From positions 27,250 through 91,249 of the forward strand of contig CBFIEF010000001.1 of assembly GCA_965661545.1 (NCBI GenBank): a DNA stretch of 64,000 bases, read 5' to 3'. The notes beneath the pieces are model-generated. The model searched no databases and was not told where the DNA came from. It worked only from the letters and a program-made list of their open reading frames with translations. Below, in pieces: positions 1-9,915 of the stretch (position 1 is the stretch's first letter; each line of letters begins with the position of its first letter). The position numbers were made by a program, and so were the translations under genes. Source of the DNA: Alphaproteobacteria bacterium. GTDB taxonomy: Bacteria > Pseudomonadota > Alphaproteobacteria > UBA7985.

Positions 1-1
1 G

Positions 2-1195
2 CAAGCCATGAAAGTCGGCGCGCCAATCATCGGTTTGGCTGACAGTGGTGGCGCACGGATTCAGGAAGGCGTGGCAAGCCTGGGCGGTTATGCGGATGTG
101 TTCCAGCAAAACGTTCTTGCCAGCGGCGTTGTTCCGCAGATTTCTATGATCATGGGCCCTTGTGCCGGTGGCGCAGTTTACTCGCCCGCGATCACCGACT
201 TTATCTTCATGGTCCGCGATACATCCTACATGTTCGTGACCGGTCCAGACGTGGTGAAGACCGTCACGCATGAGGACATCACGCAGGAAGAACTGGGCGG
301 CGCATCCACGCATACGGCCATCAGCGGCGTGGCCGATGCGGCCTTTGATAACGACATCGACGCCCTGTTGAACCTGCGCCGGTTCTTTGGCTTCTTGCCG
401 CTGAGCAATCGCGAAAAGGCCCCGATCAAGCCGACCCTCGACGATCCGCGCCGGGATGTTCATGCGCTGGATCGTTTGGTGCCAGAAGACCCGACCAAGC
501 CTTACGACATGAAAGAAGTCATCGACCGTATCGTCGATGACCGCGAATTCTTTGAGATCCAACCAGACTACGCCGCCAATATCATCATTGGTATGGCGCG
601 CATGGATGGATCGTCGGTGGGTATTGTCGCCAATCAGCCGATGGAACAAGCCGGATGCTTGGATATCGAAGCCAGCCGCAAGGCCGCGCGCTTTATCCGG
701 TTCTGTGACGCGTTCAACATTCCGGTTGTGACACTGGTCGACGTGCCCGGTTTCTTGCCGGGCAAAGATCAGGAGCATGGCGGCATCATCAAGCATGGTG
801 CGAAGCTGCTCTATGCTTACGCCGAATGTACAGTGCCCAAGGTGACGGTCATCACGCGCAAAGCGTACGGCGGAGCCTATGACGTGATGGCGTCCAAGCA
901 TCTGCGCGGCGACGCCAACTATGCTTGGCCGACTTCAGAGATTGCCGTGATGGGCGCAAAGGGAGCCGTGGAGATCATCTTCCGCAAGGAAGCCGGGGAT
1001 CCAGAACAGCTCCAGCGCCGCACCGATGAGTATCAGGAAGCCTTCGCCAATCCGTTTGTTGCGGCAAAGCGGGGCTATATTGATGACGTGATCATGCCGC
1101 ACGGTACGCGTCGACGCATCATTCAATCGCTGGAAATGCTGAAGACAAAGCAGCTGGAAAACCCGTGGCGCAAGCACGGCAATATTCCTCTGTAA
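2..1195 (+). CDS. pccB: Propionyl-CoA carboxylase beta chain (carboxyltransferase subunit). The gene is 5'-truncated by the window edge.
   Basis: The translation ([13 protein letters not shown]...[17 protein letters not shown]...) matches internal and C-terminal regions of acyl-CoA carboxyltransferase beta subunits. The ORF runs in from the window edge and stops at 1195. Confidence 0.88.
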   Translation, partial: QAMKVGAPIIGLADSGGARIQEGVASLGGYADVFQQNVLASGVVPQISMIMGPCAGGAVYSPAITDFIFMVRDTSYMFVTGPDVVKTVTHEDITQEELGGASTHTAISGVADAAFDNDIDALLNLRRFFGFLPLSNREKAPIKPTLDDPRRDVHALDRLVPEDPTKPYDMKEVIDRIVDDREFFEIQPDYAANIIIGMARMDGSSVGIVANQPMEQAGCLDIEASRKAARFIRFCDAFNIPVVTLVDVPGFLPGKDQEHGGIIKHGAKLLYAYAECTVPKVTVITRKAYGGAYDVMASKHLRGDANYAWPTSEIAVMGAKGAVEIIFRKEAGDPEQLQRRTDEYQEAFANPFVAAKRGYIDDVIMPHGTRRRIIQSLEMLKTKQLENPWRKHGNIPL

Positions 1196-1276
1196 TTGTC
1201 TGAAGACACTTTGCTTTTCGAATTTGATGGATCTCGCTATAACGTCTTAAATCCAGATATGGCCAAAGGGTAAGAA

Positions 1277-4200
1277 ATGCTTCGACTGGGGATATTCATC
1301 TCGGCCTTGATCGGCGTATTTCTCGTCGCGTTAAGCCTGATGCCGCGTTTTTTGAGCCCCAGTGTCTATCGCACGCAAGCCTTGATTGGGCTGACCCGCG
1401 CTTTGGGTCAGCCGGTTGAGGCCGGTGATGGTGCCGCAATCACGCTGCTGCCTCGGCCAAAGCTGCAACTCACCGACGTTCGCGTGCGGGGAGATGGGGC
1501 GAACATCAATGACATTCTGCTGTCTGCCGACACGGCGACCTTTGACCTCTCCGGTCAGGCGCTGGCGCGCGGTAAGTTTATGGTTGAGGCCGTAGAGCTC
1601 GACCGCCCGGTGATGAGCCTGTCACGGTCCGAAGATCATTCCGTCACCTTTGGCGCGTCGCCGCTGTTTACCGGCCTGACCGGGACATCGGACGAGACCT
1701 CGACATTAAACCGTTTGACGCTCAAAGACGGCGAGTTGCATTACTATGACGAACCCTTCGGCCAGAATTTCCGCTTCGATATTGACGAGTTGGCCATTGA
1801 ACGGGTCAGCGGCTACGCCTTTGAGGCAACCGGCTCGGTCCGGTCAGAGGATGAGCCTTTTGGCATCGCCATTTCCTTTGTGCCAAACGCCAATCCCGGC
1901 GGAGAGCGGAACTTCAACATCGATCTGATCCGCGAAGATCAATCCGTGGTGAACCTACGCGGTGCGATTGACGAAAAATTTGGCGAGAGCCTGATCATCC
2001 GCGAAGATCTCGACTGGAAACTAACCGCTGAGAACTTTCAGCATCCATTGTTTGATCGGCTGGCGATTGCGGATGGGCAGGGTGTGAACATCGAAGCCCG
2101 CCTGCTCAGCGACCGCGAAGGCTATGACCTACGCGGCCTGACGCTGACCCGCGATAACGGCGAACAAATGCGCGGCAGCGCTCGGTTTGTCCCCGGCGGC
2201 GAGGTGCCGACGGTGGGACTTAGCCTCATGGGGCGTGGCTTTACCCTGAGTAACTCCGCCGCTGAGTTGCCGCTGCGGGACTGGACGGCACTGCTGCCCG
2301 GGGCCGTTGCTGATTTGGGCGGCGTGCGCGTCGATTTCGACATTGCTGCGCAGGATTTTCGCCTGCCCAATGGTGAGATTGTCGAGCGCTTGAAGACCCA
2401 AGGGACGCTGAAAGCTGGCGGTCTGTCACTGTCATCGCTTAAGGGAAAAACAGAATCTGGCCTTTCGCTGGATTTAGCGTCTTTGCAGGTGGCTGGCCCG
2501 GACGATCTTCAATTCAAAGGCCGATTGATCACCGACGACGCGACACGATTCGCCAATGACGGTGATTTGGCCGAGTTGATTGGCTCGCTGGGTCGCTTGA
2601 ACTTCGACGGCTTGGTCGAGCTGGTCGACGGCGGGCTGGTTATTTCTCAGGGTGTCGTTACCACCGCGCAAGGCGCGTTCAATGTCAGCGGTATGCCCTT
2701 TGCGCTCGATGCGGCAACGGGTTTCGGTCAAGCCGGGATCGAGCTGGTGACGGAAAGTCTCGATTTGAACGCCTGGACGCAATTGGACAGCAACACAGAA
2801 GCCGAAACCGACCTCGCCGCACAGTTTCGCGCAATTACACAGCGGATGCGGGTTCTTCGCACCGATAGCCTGTCGCTCATCGCTGAGCAGGCTAATCTCG
2901 GTGGGCGCATTCTCGACAACCTTGACGCCCGGTTCTCGACCCGCCCAAGCGGCGAGACCGATATCGTGGCAAGCTTCACCGAGGACGACGGAACACGCTT
3001 TGACGCAACGGGCACCTTGGCAGACGATGGCCAGACGCTGGATTACGGTCAAGTCGGCTTGGTCTTGAACCGCGAGCCGCGCGCCGCAGAAAAGGCGATT
3101 GCTCGGTTTGCCCCCGCTGCCATGGACAACCCACTGGTCCGTGACATTTTGGATCGCCTGCCGATTGACGCGCTGACATTCACCCGGACCGATCCGTCTC
3201 GTCCATGGGAAATGGCCTTACGCAGTGGAGAGACAGTGCTGTCAGGCAGCGACGTGGACGCGACGGGCAACCGCTTTTGGACTTTTAGCTCTGATGGTGC
3301 CAGCGACCTGTTTCAGGCTTTGGACATTCCGTTCTCCCCCATCGACGAGGCTGGCGATGTGCAACTGTCCGGTCGACAGTCAGAGGGCGAACTGGTTGGA
3401 ATCGGGCGCATGCTGGGCGCAGAAATCACCTTGCAAGAGTTGAACGACACCGCCGACGAAGACGTTAACGCGGGCCGGGCGTTCCAACTGCGGATCAAGC
3501 ACGACGACGCGCAAGGCTTTTTGGACAGCCTTGGCTTCAACCTCGCACTGCCGCCGTCAACCGGACCGATCGACATCACGCTGAGTGTTTCACGGGTGGA
3601 TCAGAACTACGGCTACCGTGTGGACGCTGCGCTGGGCGACATGCTCATCAGGGGCAATGGTTTTTACGGGTTCGAGACCAAAAACATCGCCTTTGATGGT
3701 GAGGTCAATCAGATCGAAGTGCTGCCTTTGCTCAACGCGCTATTTATTGCCGATGCCGAGGACAGTGTTCTCTCGCCCGCACTGTCGTCTCTGTCTGGAC
3801 AAATCAACCTGAGCGTTGAGCAGTTGGGGCCGTTGGCGGATGCGTCGGTGGCGATCAACTTTACGCCGGGACGCTACACAGTGGAGCAGCTCAAGGGCAC
3901 GTTTGCAGATGGCCTGCTGGCCGGTGGCGAACTTTCTGTTGATGGTGATGTTTTGGCCGGTGCGGATATTTTTGCTGATTTGACCGTCGAGGTCGTTGGT
4001 GCCGCGCCACAGCTCGGGATCGCAACGGATACCGGTCTGGCCTTCGACACCCTGTCTTTCCGCTCCAACAGCTTTCAGGCCCGTGCCCAGTCCATGGCCG
4101 AGGTTCTCAACGCTGTTGATGCGTCCTTTGATGTTGAGGGGACTGCAACGATGGCTTTGGCGCTGACGGCGATCAATGCGGCTTCAGACGTCGAAGAGGG

Positions 4201-4531
4201 CCTTTGGAAGGATTTCTTATCCGGGGGCGAGGGCATCAGCGCCTATGAAGACCTCAGGTCCTTGTTCTTCGATGGTGACGCGACGCTGGATGGCGTGGTG
4301 ATTCTGAGCCAAGGCGTGATGCAGACCAACTCGCTGGCTTTGAAAGGGCGGCAAGGCACCTTGCTGGCCAAGGGCGCGATCGAACTTGAAACGCTAGACG
4401 CACGCGGCTTTGTGCCGGATGCGCCGTTGCGCGTGGAGCTGTATCGGGCCGAAGACAGTCAGCTGGTCGAGCAAGTCTTATTGCTTACGGGTTCTCTGGC
4501 GGCGCCGGATGCGCTGTCGATTGAGCGCTAA
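1277..4531 (+). CDS. AsmA-family large envelope protein (1084 aa) with an N-terminal membrane anchor
   Basis: The ATG at 1277 is followed by a hydrophobic N-terminus (LGIFISALIGVFLVALSLMP). The long repetitive beta-rich body is typical of AsmA-like proteins. Family recall only. Confidence 0.65.
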   Translation: MLRLGIFISALIGVFLVALSLMPRFLSPSVYRTQALIGLTRALGQPVEAGDGAAITLLPRPKLQLTDVRVRGDGANINDILLSADTATFDLSGQALARGKFMVEAVELDRPVMSLSRSEDHSVTFGASPLFTGLTGTSDETSTLNRLTLKDGELHYYDEPFGQNFRFDIDELAIERVSGYAFEATGSVRSEDEPFGIAISFVPNANPGGERNFNIDLIREDQSVVNLRGAIDEKFGESLIIREDLDWKLTAENFQHPLFDRLAIADGQGVNIEARLLSDREGYDLRGLTLTRDNGEQMRGSARFVPGGEVPTVGLSLMGRGFTLSNSAAELPLRDWTALLPGAVADLGGVRVDFDIAAQDFRLPNGEIVERLKTQGTLKAGGLSLSSLKGKTESGLSLDLASLQVAGPDDLQFKGRLITDDATRFANDGDLAELIGSLGRLNFDGLVELVDGGLVISQGVVTTAQGAFNVSGMPFALDAATGFGQAGIELVTESLDLNAWTQLDSNTEAETDLAAQFRAITQRMRVLRTDSLSLIAEQANLGGRILDNLDARFSTRPSGETDIVASFTEDDGTRFDATGTLADDGQTLDYGQVGLVLNREPRAAEKAIARFAPAAMDNPLVRDILDRLPIDALTFTRTDPSRPWEMALRSGETVLSGSDVDATGNRFWTFSSDGASDLFQALDIPFSPIDEAGDVQLSGRQSEGELVGIGRMLGAEITLQELNDTADEDVNAGRAFQLRIKHDDAQGFLDSLGFNLALPPSTGPIDITLSVSRVDQNYGYRVDAALGDMLIRGNGFYGFETKNIAFDGEVNQIEVLPLLNALFIADAEDSVLSPALSSLSGQINLSVEQLGPLADASVAINFTPGRYTVEQLKGTFADGLLAGGELSVDGDVLAGADIFADLTVEVVGAAPQLGIATDTGLAFDTLSFRSNSFQARAQSMAEVLNAVDASFDVEGTATMALALTAINAASDVEEGLWKDFLSGGEGISAYEDLRSLFFDGDATLDGVVILSQGVMQTNSLALKGRQGTLLAKGAIELETLDARGFVPDAPLRVELYRAEDSQLVEQVLLLTGSLAAPDALSIER

Positions 4532-4775
4532 GCCGGGCAAAGAGCACCTGGCGGATTGCGCTGGGTAGCCCATTTCCGCCGCGCACTCGATCGATCGATG
4601 CAACGACGCCAGCGAGCGAGGCATTCTGCTCCCTTGCCAGTGCCTGTAACCCGTCCCAGAACACAGGTTCCAGCGAGATTGACGTTGAATGACCGGCAAT
4701 GGTCACGGAACGCTTGATCGGGCGTTGGCTCAATTGCAGCGAAAACAACCAGGTATTGAAGTCTTCCATGTTCAT
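4485..4775 (-). CDS. Small ribbon-helix-helix domain protein (about 96 aa)
   Basis: The translation (RPIKRSVTIAGHSTSISLEPVFWDGLQALAREQNASLAGVVASIDRVRGGNGLPSAIRQVLF) resembles the conserved alphaproteobacterial RHH family with the motif KRSVT..GH.TSISLE..FW......A...SL..L...ID......NLSSAIR. It overlaps the AsmA 3' end by 46 bp. Its ATG lies 17 bp from the divergent downstream gene. Confidence 0.45.
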   Translation of the reverse strand: MNMEDFNTWLFSLQLSQRPIKRSVTIAGHSTSISLEPVFWDGLQALAREQNASLAGVVASIDRVRGGNGLPSAIRQVLFARLSAQSTAHPAPPENP

Positions 4776-4792
4776 GTTCCAAGCCGTTCACG

Positions 4793-5629
4793 ATGCAAGA
4801 GTTTGATACGCTCATTGCCGTAGATTGGTCCGCGGCGTCGGTTCCGGTCAAGGGCGAGAACTCCATCTGGATCAGTCGCCGGGCAAAAGGCGAAGAACAC
4901 GTCCTGTTGAACTTCGCCACGCGCTTTGAAACCGAGGCGTACTTAGCCCAACAAATTGCAGAAAGTCAGGCGCGAGGGACGCGCTTGCTCATGGGCTTTG
5001 ATTTTCCATTTGGCTATCCTGATGGCTTCGTCGCAGCGCTGGGCGAGGGCGGTTCCCAGCCGCCTTGGCGGGTGATTTGGGAAACCTTTACGGCTTTGGT
5101 GGAGGACGACGCGCGCAATCGCAATAACCGCTTTGCCGTGGCGACGAAACTGAACCAGCGGATGGGGTTTGCCGAAGGTCCGTTTTGGGGGTGTCCGGCA
5201 AAGCAGGCGGGACCGTCCTTGTCGCCCTATCGACCAAAGCAGCATTTCCTTGCGGAGAAACGCCTGTGCGAAGTGCCTGTGCCCAAGTCACAGCCGGGTT
5301 GGAAACTCGCTTATGTTGGGTCGGTGGGTTCGCAGGGGTTGATGGGCATTCCGGTGCTGGAGCGACTGCGCGCTGCGCATGGGGTTCAGGTCTGGCCCTT
5401 TGACCCGCTGCCTGCTGATGGCCCCGTTCAGGTCTTTACTGAGCTGTATCTCAGCCTTTGGCCCGTCGGCGACTATGGTGGTCCGTGCAAGGATGCGGAT
5501 CAAGTGCAGGCGATGACGGACCGCTGGATCAGTAATCAGGCGGCCATACTGCGCTGGATGACGGCGCGCTATCCAAACGTGGTTTACGCCGAAGAAGGCT
5601 GGGTTTTGGGTGTCGAGCCGCCGGCTTAG
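4793..5629 (+). CDS. Conserved hypothetical protein (278 aa), possibly DUF429-like
   Basis: A clean ATG ORF with an N-terminal IAVDWSAAS...GENSIW motif and a central GFDFPFGYPDGF segment. No confident family assignment from memory. Confidence 0.6.
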   Translation: MQEFDTLIAVDWSAASVPVKGENSIWISRRAKGEEHVLLNFATRFETEAYLAQQIAESQARGTRLLMGFDFPFGYPDGFVAALGEGGSQPPWRVIWETFTALVEDDARNRNNRFAVATKLNQRMGFAEGPFWGCPAKQAGPSLSPYRPKQHFLAEKRLCEVPVPKSQPGWKLAYVGSVGSQGLMGIPVLERLRAAHGVQVWPFDPLPADGPVQVFTELYLSLWPVGDYGGPCKDADQVQAMTDRWISNQAAILRWMTARYPNVVYAEEGWVLGVEPPA

Positions 5630-6888
5630 TAGATTGGAAACGCGTCACACAGCTGTGCGACCGCAGGCTCTGCGGCCTTGATGACAGCATCCGCTTCGCC
5701 CGCCGCTTCTGCGTCAATCAAGTCGGCGATTAATCCGCCCAATTTTGTCATTTCCGCAGTGCCAAAGCCGCGCGTTGTCACGGCTCCTGTGCCCAAGCGC
5801 AAACCGACCCACTCGGGAGGGCGGGGGCTGTCGTTGGGGATGGCGTTCTTGTTGGCGGTGATGTTTGCCCGCTCCAGCACGCGTTCCGCCTGCTTCCCAA
5901 CAATGCCCTTGGAGCTCACATCGAGCAGCACGAGGTGCGTGTCCGTGCCGCCCGAGACGATCCGAATGCCACGCTCAATCAGGGCTGCTGCCAAGGTTCT
6001 GGCGTTGTTTTGTACAGCGGTTGCGTAGGTCTTGAAGTCAGGCCGCAGCGCCTCGCCGAGACAAATCGCCTTGGCGGCGATCACTTGCGTGTGAATCGAT
6101 CCCTGCACACCTGGGAAAACGGACGATTGCAGGCGTTTGGACCAGTCTTCGTTATCAGTGAGGATCAAGCCACCCCGAGGCCCCCGCAACGTCTTGGTCG
6201 TGGTGCAGGTGACGATATCAGCATGGGGCAGGGGCGACGGGTGAACACCGCCAGCGACTAATCCTGCGATGTGCGCCATATCGACATGGAACCACGCGCC
6301 GACATCTTTGGCGATCGACGCCATGCGCTCAAAGTCCAATTCGCGGGGGTATGCTGACCCGCCAGCGATCAGCATTTTGGGCTTTACTGTGCGTGCAGCC
6401 TCGGCCAAGGCGTCATAGTCGATGACTTCGGTTTCTGCATTAACACCGTAGTGCGCGGCCTCGAACCAGCGCCCAGACAGGTTCGCGCGCAGGCCGTGGC
6501 TCAGGTGGCCTCCAGCAGCGAGGTCCAGCGACAGGATACGGTCACCCGGCTTTAGCAGCATGTAGAACACGGCGAGGTTGGCTTGGCTGCCAGAGTGGGG
6601 CTGCACGTTGGCGTAGGCACAGCCAAACAGCTCGCGCGCGCGATCAATCGCCGCCTGTTCCACCACATCGACAAAGCGACCGCCGCCGTGGAACCGGTTG
6701 CCGGGGTAGCCCTCGAGCGTTTTGTTGGTCATCTCATGACCAAGCGCGTCGAGAACAGCGCGGCTCACGATGTTTTCGGAGGCGATGAGTTCGATCTGAT
6801 GCCGCTGGCGATTGCGCTCGTCATCCAAGGCACGCGCGACCAATGGATCGACTTCGGTTGCCGATGACGCAAAATGTTGGTTGGTCAT
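5626..6888 (-). CDS. glyA: Serine hydroxymethyltransferase
   Basis: Full-length match to SHMT, including the motifs LIASENIVSRAVLDALG, GYPGNRFHGG and the PLP-binding region TTTKTLRGPRGG. Confidence 0.95.
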   Translation of the reverse strand: MTNQHFASSATEVDPLVARALDDERNRQRHQIELIASENIVSRAVLDALGHEMTNKTLEGYPGNRFHGGGRFVDVVEQAAIDRARELFGCAYANVQPHSGSQANLAVFYMLLKPGDRILSLDLAAGGHLSHGLRANLSGRWFEAAHYGVNAETEVIDYDALAEAARTVKPKMLIAGGSAYPRELDFERMASIAKDVGAWFHVDMAHIAGLVAGGVHPSPLPHADIVTCTTTKTLRGPRGGLILTDNEDWSKRLQSSVFPGVQGSIHTQVIAAKAICLGEALRPDFKTYATAVQNNARTLAAALIERGIRIVSGGTDTHLVLLDVSSKGIVGKQAERVLERANITANKNAIPNDSPRPPEWVGLRLGTGAVTTRGFGTAEMTKLGGLIADLIDAEAAGEADAVIKAAEPAVAQLCDAFPIY

Positions 6889-6894
6889 ATCAGG

Positions 6895-7374
6895 CTATTT
6901 TCTGCGGAAGGCATCGAGGGTTACGACGTTATCACCCCCCTTTTCATCCGTCTCTTCAACGCTTTCTTCTTCAAAAGCTTCAACGGTCGCAGGCGCGTCT
7001 TCGTCTTCTGCGTCCTCGTCGCTGTCTTCGAGCGAAGGCAGTTGCAGGGCAAAACCCTCGTCCTGACAGACTAAGCCCTCGATGGCATCGTAAGGGATGC
7101 TGAGGTTCTCGTAGCCGTCGCCAAAGGACAGCGTAACGTCAAAGCCTGCTTCACCCAGCACCAAGTTTTCGCTGTAACCGCCGAAAACCAGATGGATGGT
7201 GTCTGGGTAATCTTCCTTGAGGTAATCGGGAAAGGCTGCACCCGGGTAGCCGGTCTTAACAACAAGCAAGATGTCTGGGGCCTTTGGGCCGCCATCGCCG
7301 TAGCGGCTGAGTACGTCCTTCAGAAAATCGCGACTACGCTGAGCGAAGAGAGACTTGATGACAGACTGACTCAT
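6895..7374 (-). CDS. sspB: SspB-like ClpXP adaptor (stringent starvation protein B family) with an acidic C-terminal tail
   Basis: The core ...ILLVVKTGYPGAAFP...IHLVFGGYSENLVLGEAGFDVTLSFGDGYENLSIPYDAIEG resembles the SspB substrate-binding fold. A D/E-rich tail follows. The internal ATG at 7374 is preceded by GAGAAAG. The longer ORF from the GTG at 7404 is less likely. Confidence 0.55.
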   Translation of the reverse strand: MSQSVIKSLFAQRSRDFLKDVLSRYGDGGPKAPDILLVVKTGYPGAAFPDYLKEDYPDTIHLVFGGYSENLVLGEAGFDVTLSFGDGYENLSIPYDAIEGLVCQDEGFALQLPSLEDSDEDAEDEDAPATVEAFEEESVEETDEKGGDNVVTLDAFRRK

Positions 7375-7503
7375 GCAAACGGGCTTTCTCAGTGTTGGGG
7401 TCACCCTCTAACAAGCAAAGACCAGCGGTCTGCGCAAGCACGGATTATGAATTGAACGACCCGAAGAACGAGAGTCCCTGAGTTTCACCTGTTTCCGTTT
7501 GGG

Positions 7504-9288
7504 TCAGAACGGTAGTGTGGAGCCAAATCGGAGGTTAACCTCTTGGCCAATGCTTTCGATCTTCGCCCAAATTTCCGCGCCCGCCACGTCTTGTGTCAGG
7601 CCGATGGTCAGGGCTCCCAGCTGGTCATATTCCGCTGACAGCGTGCCAATGCTCAGATCAAGCTCGCCTTTGGCGATCCAATACACGGGCTGGCTATCGA
7701 GCGCGTCTTCCAACACACCGATTTGTCCCTGGGCGGAGAACTGTGGCCCAGCCAGTTCGGCTTCTAGCCACCAGTCATTCTCGCTATCCAGACCCATGGC
7801 TATTCGGCTCGCCGGCAAGGGTGCAATGACAGCTTCAAGCTGCCACGCATCAAGAACGCCAGCGATATCGGCATCCAACAAGACATCTGCGCCTAGCGAA
7901 ACACCTCCAAAATCGAATTTTGCGCCGGCAATGGTATTTAAAGCGCGGGTTTGGAACCGAGGCACAGCGGCAACCGCAGCGCTCAAGCCCATGACAGACA
8001 GCTCGCCGGAGAGCACGACGCCATCGTCTGCGGTAACTGACACGATATCAGCCCACGGGCCATCAGCGCTGATCAGGCCCGCATGGTCTTCTGTGCTAAC
8101 GGTAAGGGAGCCGAAGCCGCCTTCGATGAACACGGATGCACCGCTGAAATTCAGCAGTTTGCTGACTGGTTGCATGTAAGCATTTGAGTCGGCTTCAAAC
8201 GGGCTTTGCGTCAAGCATGCCGCACCAATCACCAATTTTTCGGAATTACCGATCGTGCGGATTTCAGCGAACGGACCAACAAACACCTGCGCATTGTTGA
8301 CCAACTCGCCGCTGAGCTCGTCCGCGCCGGGGCTAAACAGAACCGTGGCGGCCTTGCTCGCCGTGCTGTGCCAAACCTCTGCCGGCAGATCAGTGGCATC
8401 GACCATGTTCGGCGTGATTTTTACCGCCTCGAATCGGGTTTGGTAAACCGCCGCCACAGATCCAAATCCCCCATCGCCCGTATTCAGAGAAATACGCGCA
8501 CCAAACGGGTTCGGCAAAGAGTTAACGGCAGAGGGCTTTCCAATGGTTGCCGTAGTCGTGATACCAGTGACCGCCCAGATTTCCCGCCTCGCCAGAAACT
8601 GACCTGCAGGCGCGAAATTGCCGGACTCTCCAACTGCATTGGCAACAAAGATGTCTTCCTTTGAACCACGTTGGAGGCCATTTCCCACCGCAGTACGAAA
8701 GTTAACCGCCGCAACTTGCGCCGGTGTGTTTTCAAATGTCGCGGCCCGGCCCACCATTTGGTTCGCCATGCGACCCGCCAGCATACAGATGTTTTCCGCC
8801 ATGAGTGGCGGGGCGGGAAGTTCGACCGCGGATCGGGTGCCGCCCAAAGTCATCCAGTCAGAATTGATTTTCACGGCAACGATGTCGTCGTCTGACAGCG
8901 GCATGCCGCCAAACGCGCCATAGATTTGCGCATTAATGTCTGTTGGACCTGCGACCGTTTTGCGAATCAAACGATGCTCTTCGACGCCGTTGGGGTCGGT
9001 GTAGTCAAACAAACTCAGTTTCAGCTCGTCCAGCGCATTCAGCGTCAACTTGCCGCCGAAAACCAGACCAGAGTCGGTACTGTTTTCTAAGTCGAGTTCG
9101 ATGTTGGCGAAGGTTGTGTAGTCGAACGCCTCGCCACTCTTGGACAGACCCACGACCGAGCTGAATCCAAGATCACCCCCAAGCGTGACGTAAGTTTCGG
9201 CGCCTGCTGATGCCCCATAGGTCATCAACACGCTCGTTGCCGTCAAAAACAATCTGCGTTTCGGCGCGCACACCCTGTGGTCCACCAA
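7504..9288 (-). CDS. Predicted outer-membrane beta-barrel protein (porin-like, 594 aa). The start codon is uncertain (TTG or GTG candidates).
   Basis: A signal-peptide-like N-terminus (KRRLFLTATSVLMTYGASAGA|ETY) is followed by a Gly/Ser/Thr-rich alternating beta pattern. The C-terminal ...RFGSTLPF ends in Phe, the typical OMP signature. Confidence 0.6.
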   Translation of the reverse strand: MVDHRVCAPKRRLFLTATSVLMTYGASAGAETYVTLGGDLGFSSVVGLSKSGEAFDYTTFANIELDLENSTDSGLVFGGKLTLNALDELKLSLFDYTDPNGVEEHRLIRKTVAGPTDINAQIYGAFGGMPLSDDDIVAVKINSDWMTLGGTRSAVELPAPPLMAENICMLAGRMANQMVGRAATFENTPAQVAAVNFRTAVGNGLQRGSKEDIFVANAVGESGNFAPAGQFLARREIWAVTGITTTATIGKPSAVNSLPNPFGARISLNTGDGGFGSVAAVYQTRFEAVKITPNMVDATDLPAEVWHSTASKAATVLFSPGADELSGELVNNAQVFVGPFAEIRTIGNSEKLVIGAACLTQSPFEADSNAYMQPVSKLLNFSGASVFIEGGFGSLTVSTEDHAGLISADGPWADIVSVTADDGVVLSGELSVMGLSAAVAAVPRFQTRALNTIAGAKFDFGGVSLGADVLLDADIAGVLDAWQLEAVIAPLPASRIAMGLDSENDWWLEAELAGPQFSAQGQIGVLEDALDSQPVYWIAKGELDLSIGTLSAEYDQLGALTIGLTQDVAGAEIWAKIESIGQEVNLRFGSTLPF

Positions 9289-9915
9289 CCAAGTCCCCCA
9301 ACGTAACTCTGTTTTTTGGTTCGCAGGGAAAGTGCCGCAGCAGCAGGGCCTGAGGGTAGTGTTTCTTCGGGTTCGTTTTTACAAAATGCGTTCCCACCGA
9401 AATCTTTGTCTGAGTAAGAAGTTAATCTATCACAAATTAGATATTATGCGTGCTGTTGATCAAAATGAACCCATCAAGAGTTTCTGTTTTATCATTTGAG
9501 AGAGGTCGAAATCACCAAAAATCGCATTTTGTAAGGCCGATTCTCTGCGTGATTCGATAATATTTTGGTGTTTTGAGAAGAGTTGGGCGTTCTGTTGCTA
9601 GGTGCCCAAGACCCCACCTACACATGCTAATGCGCAGGGATTTAGTTTCACGAACTCAGCTGCTTACGCAGCAAGAGCAACTCGTGGAGCAACATAGTTG
9701 TTTGCAACTGTGTTTAAATGACCCGGTTACGCCGGAATCATCACGGGCAAAACAAACAGCTTTCAATGCACGTCGATCCTATTTCGCCCCCAGCAAACAA
9801 CCAACTCGATCAGAATTGGCTCTTTGGTGGAGGCGCCGGGTACCGCCCCCGGGTCCGCAACATCTATTACCTGCTTGGTTTATCGCCATAGAGCGAGGCT
9901 CATCAGGGAATATAA

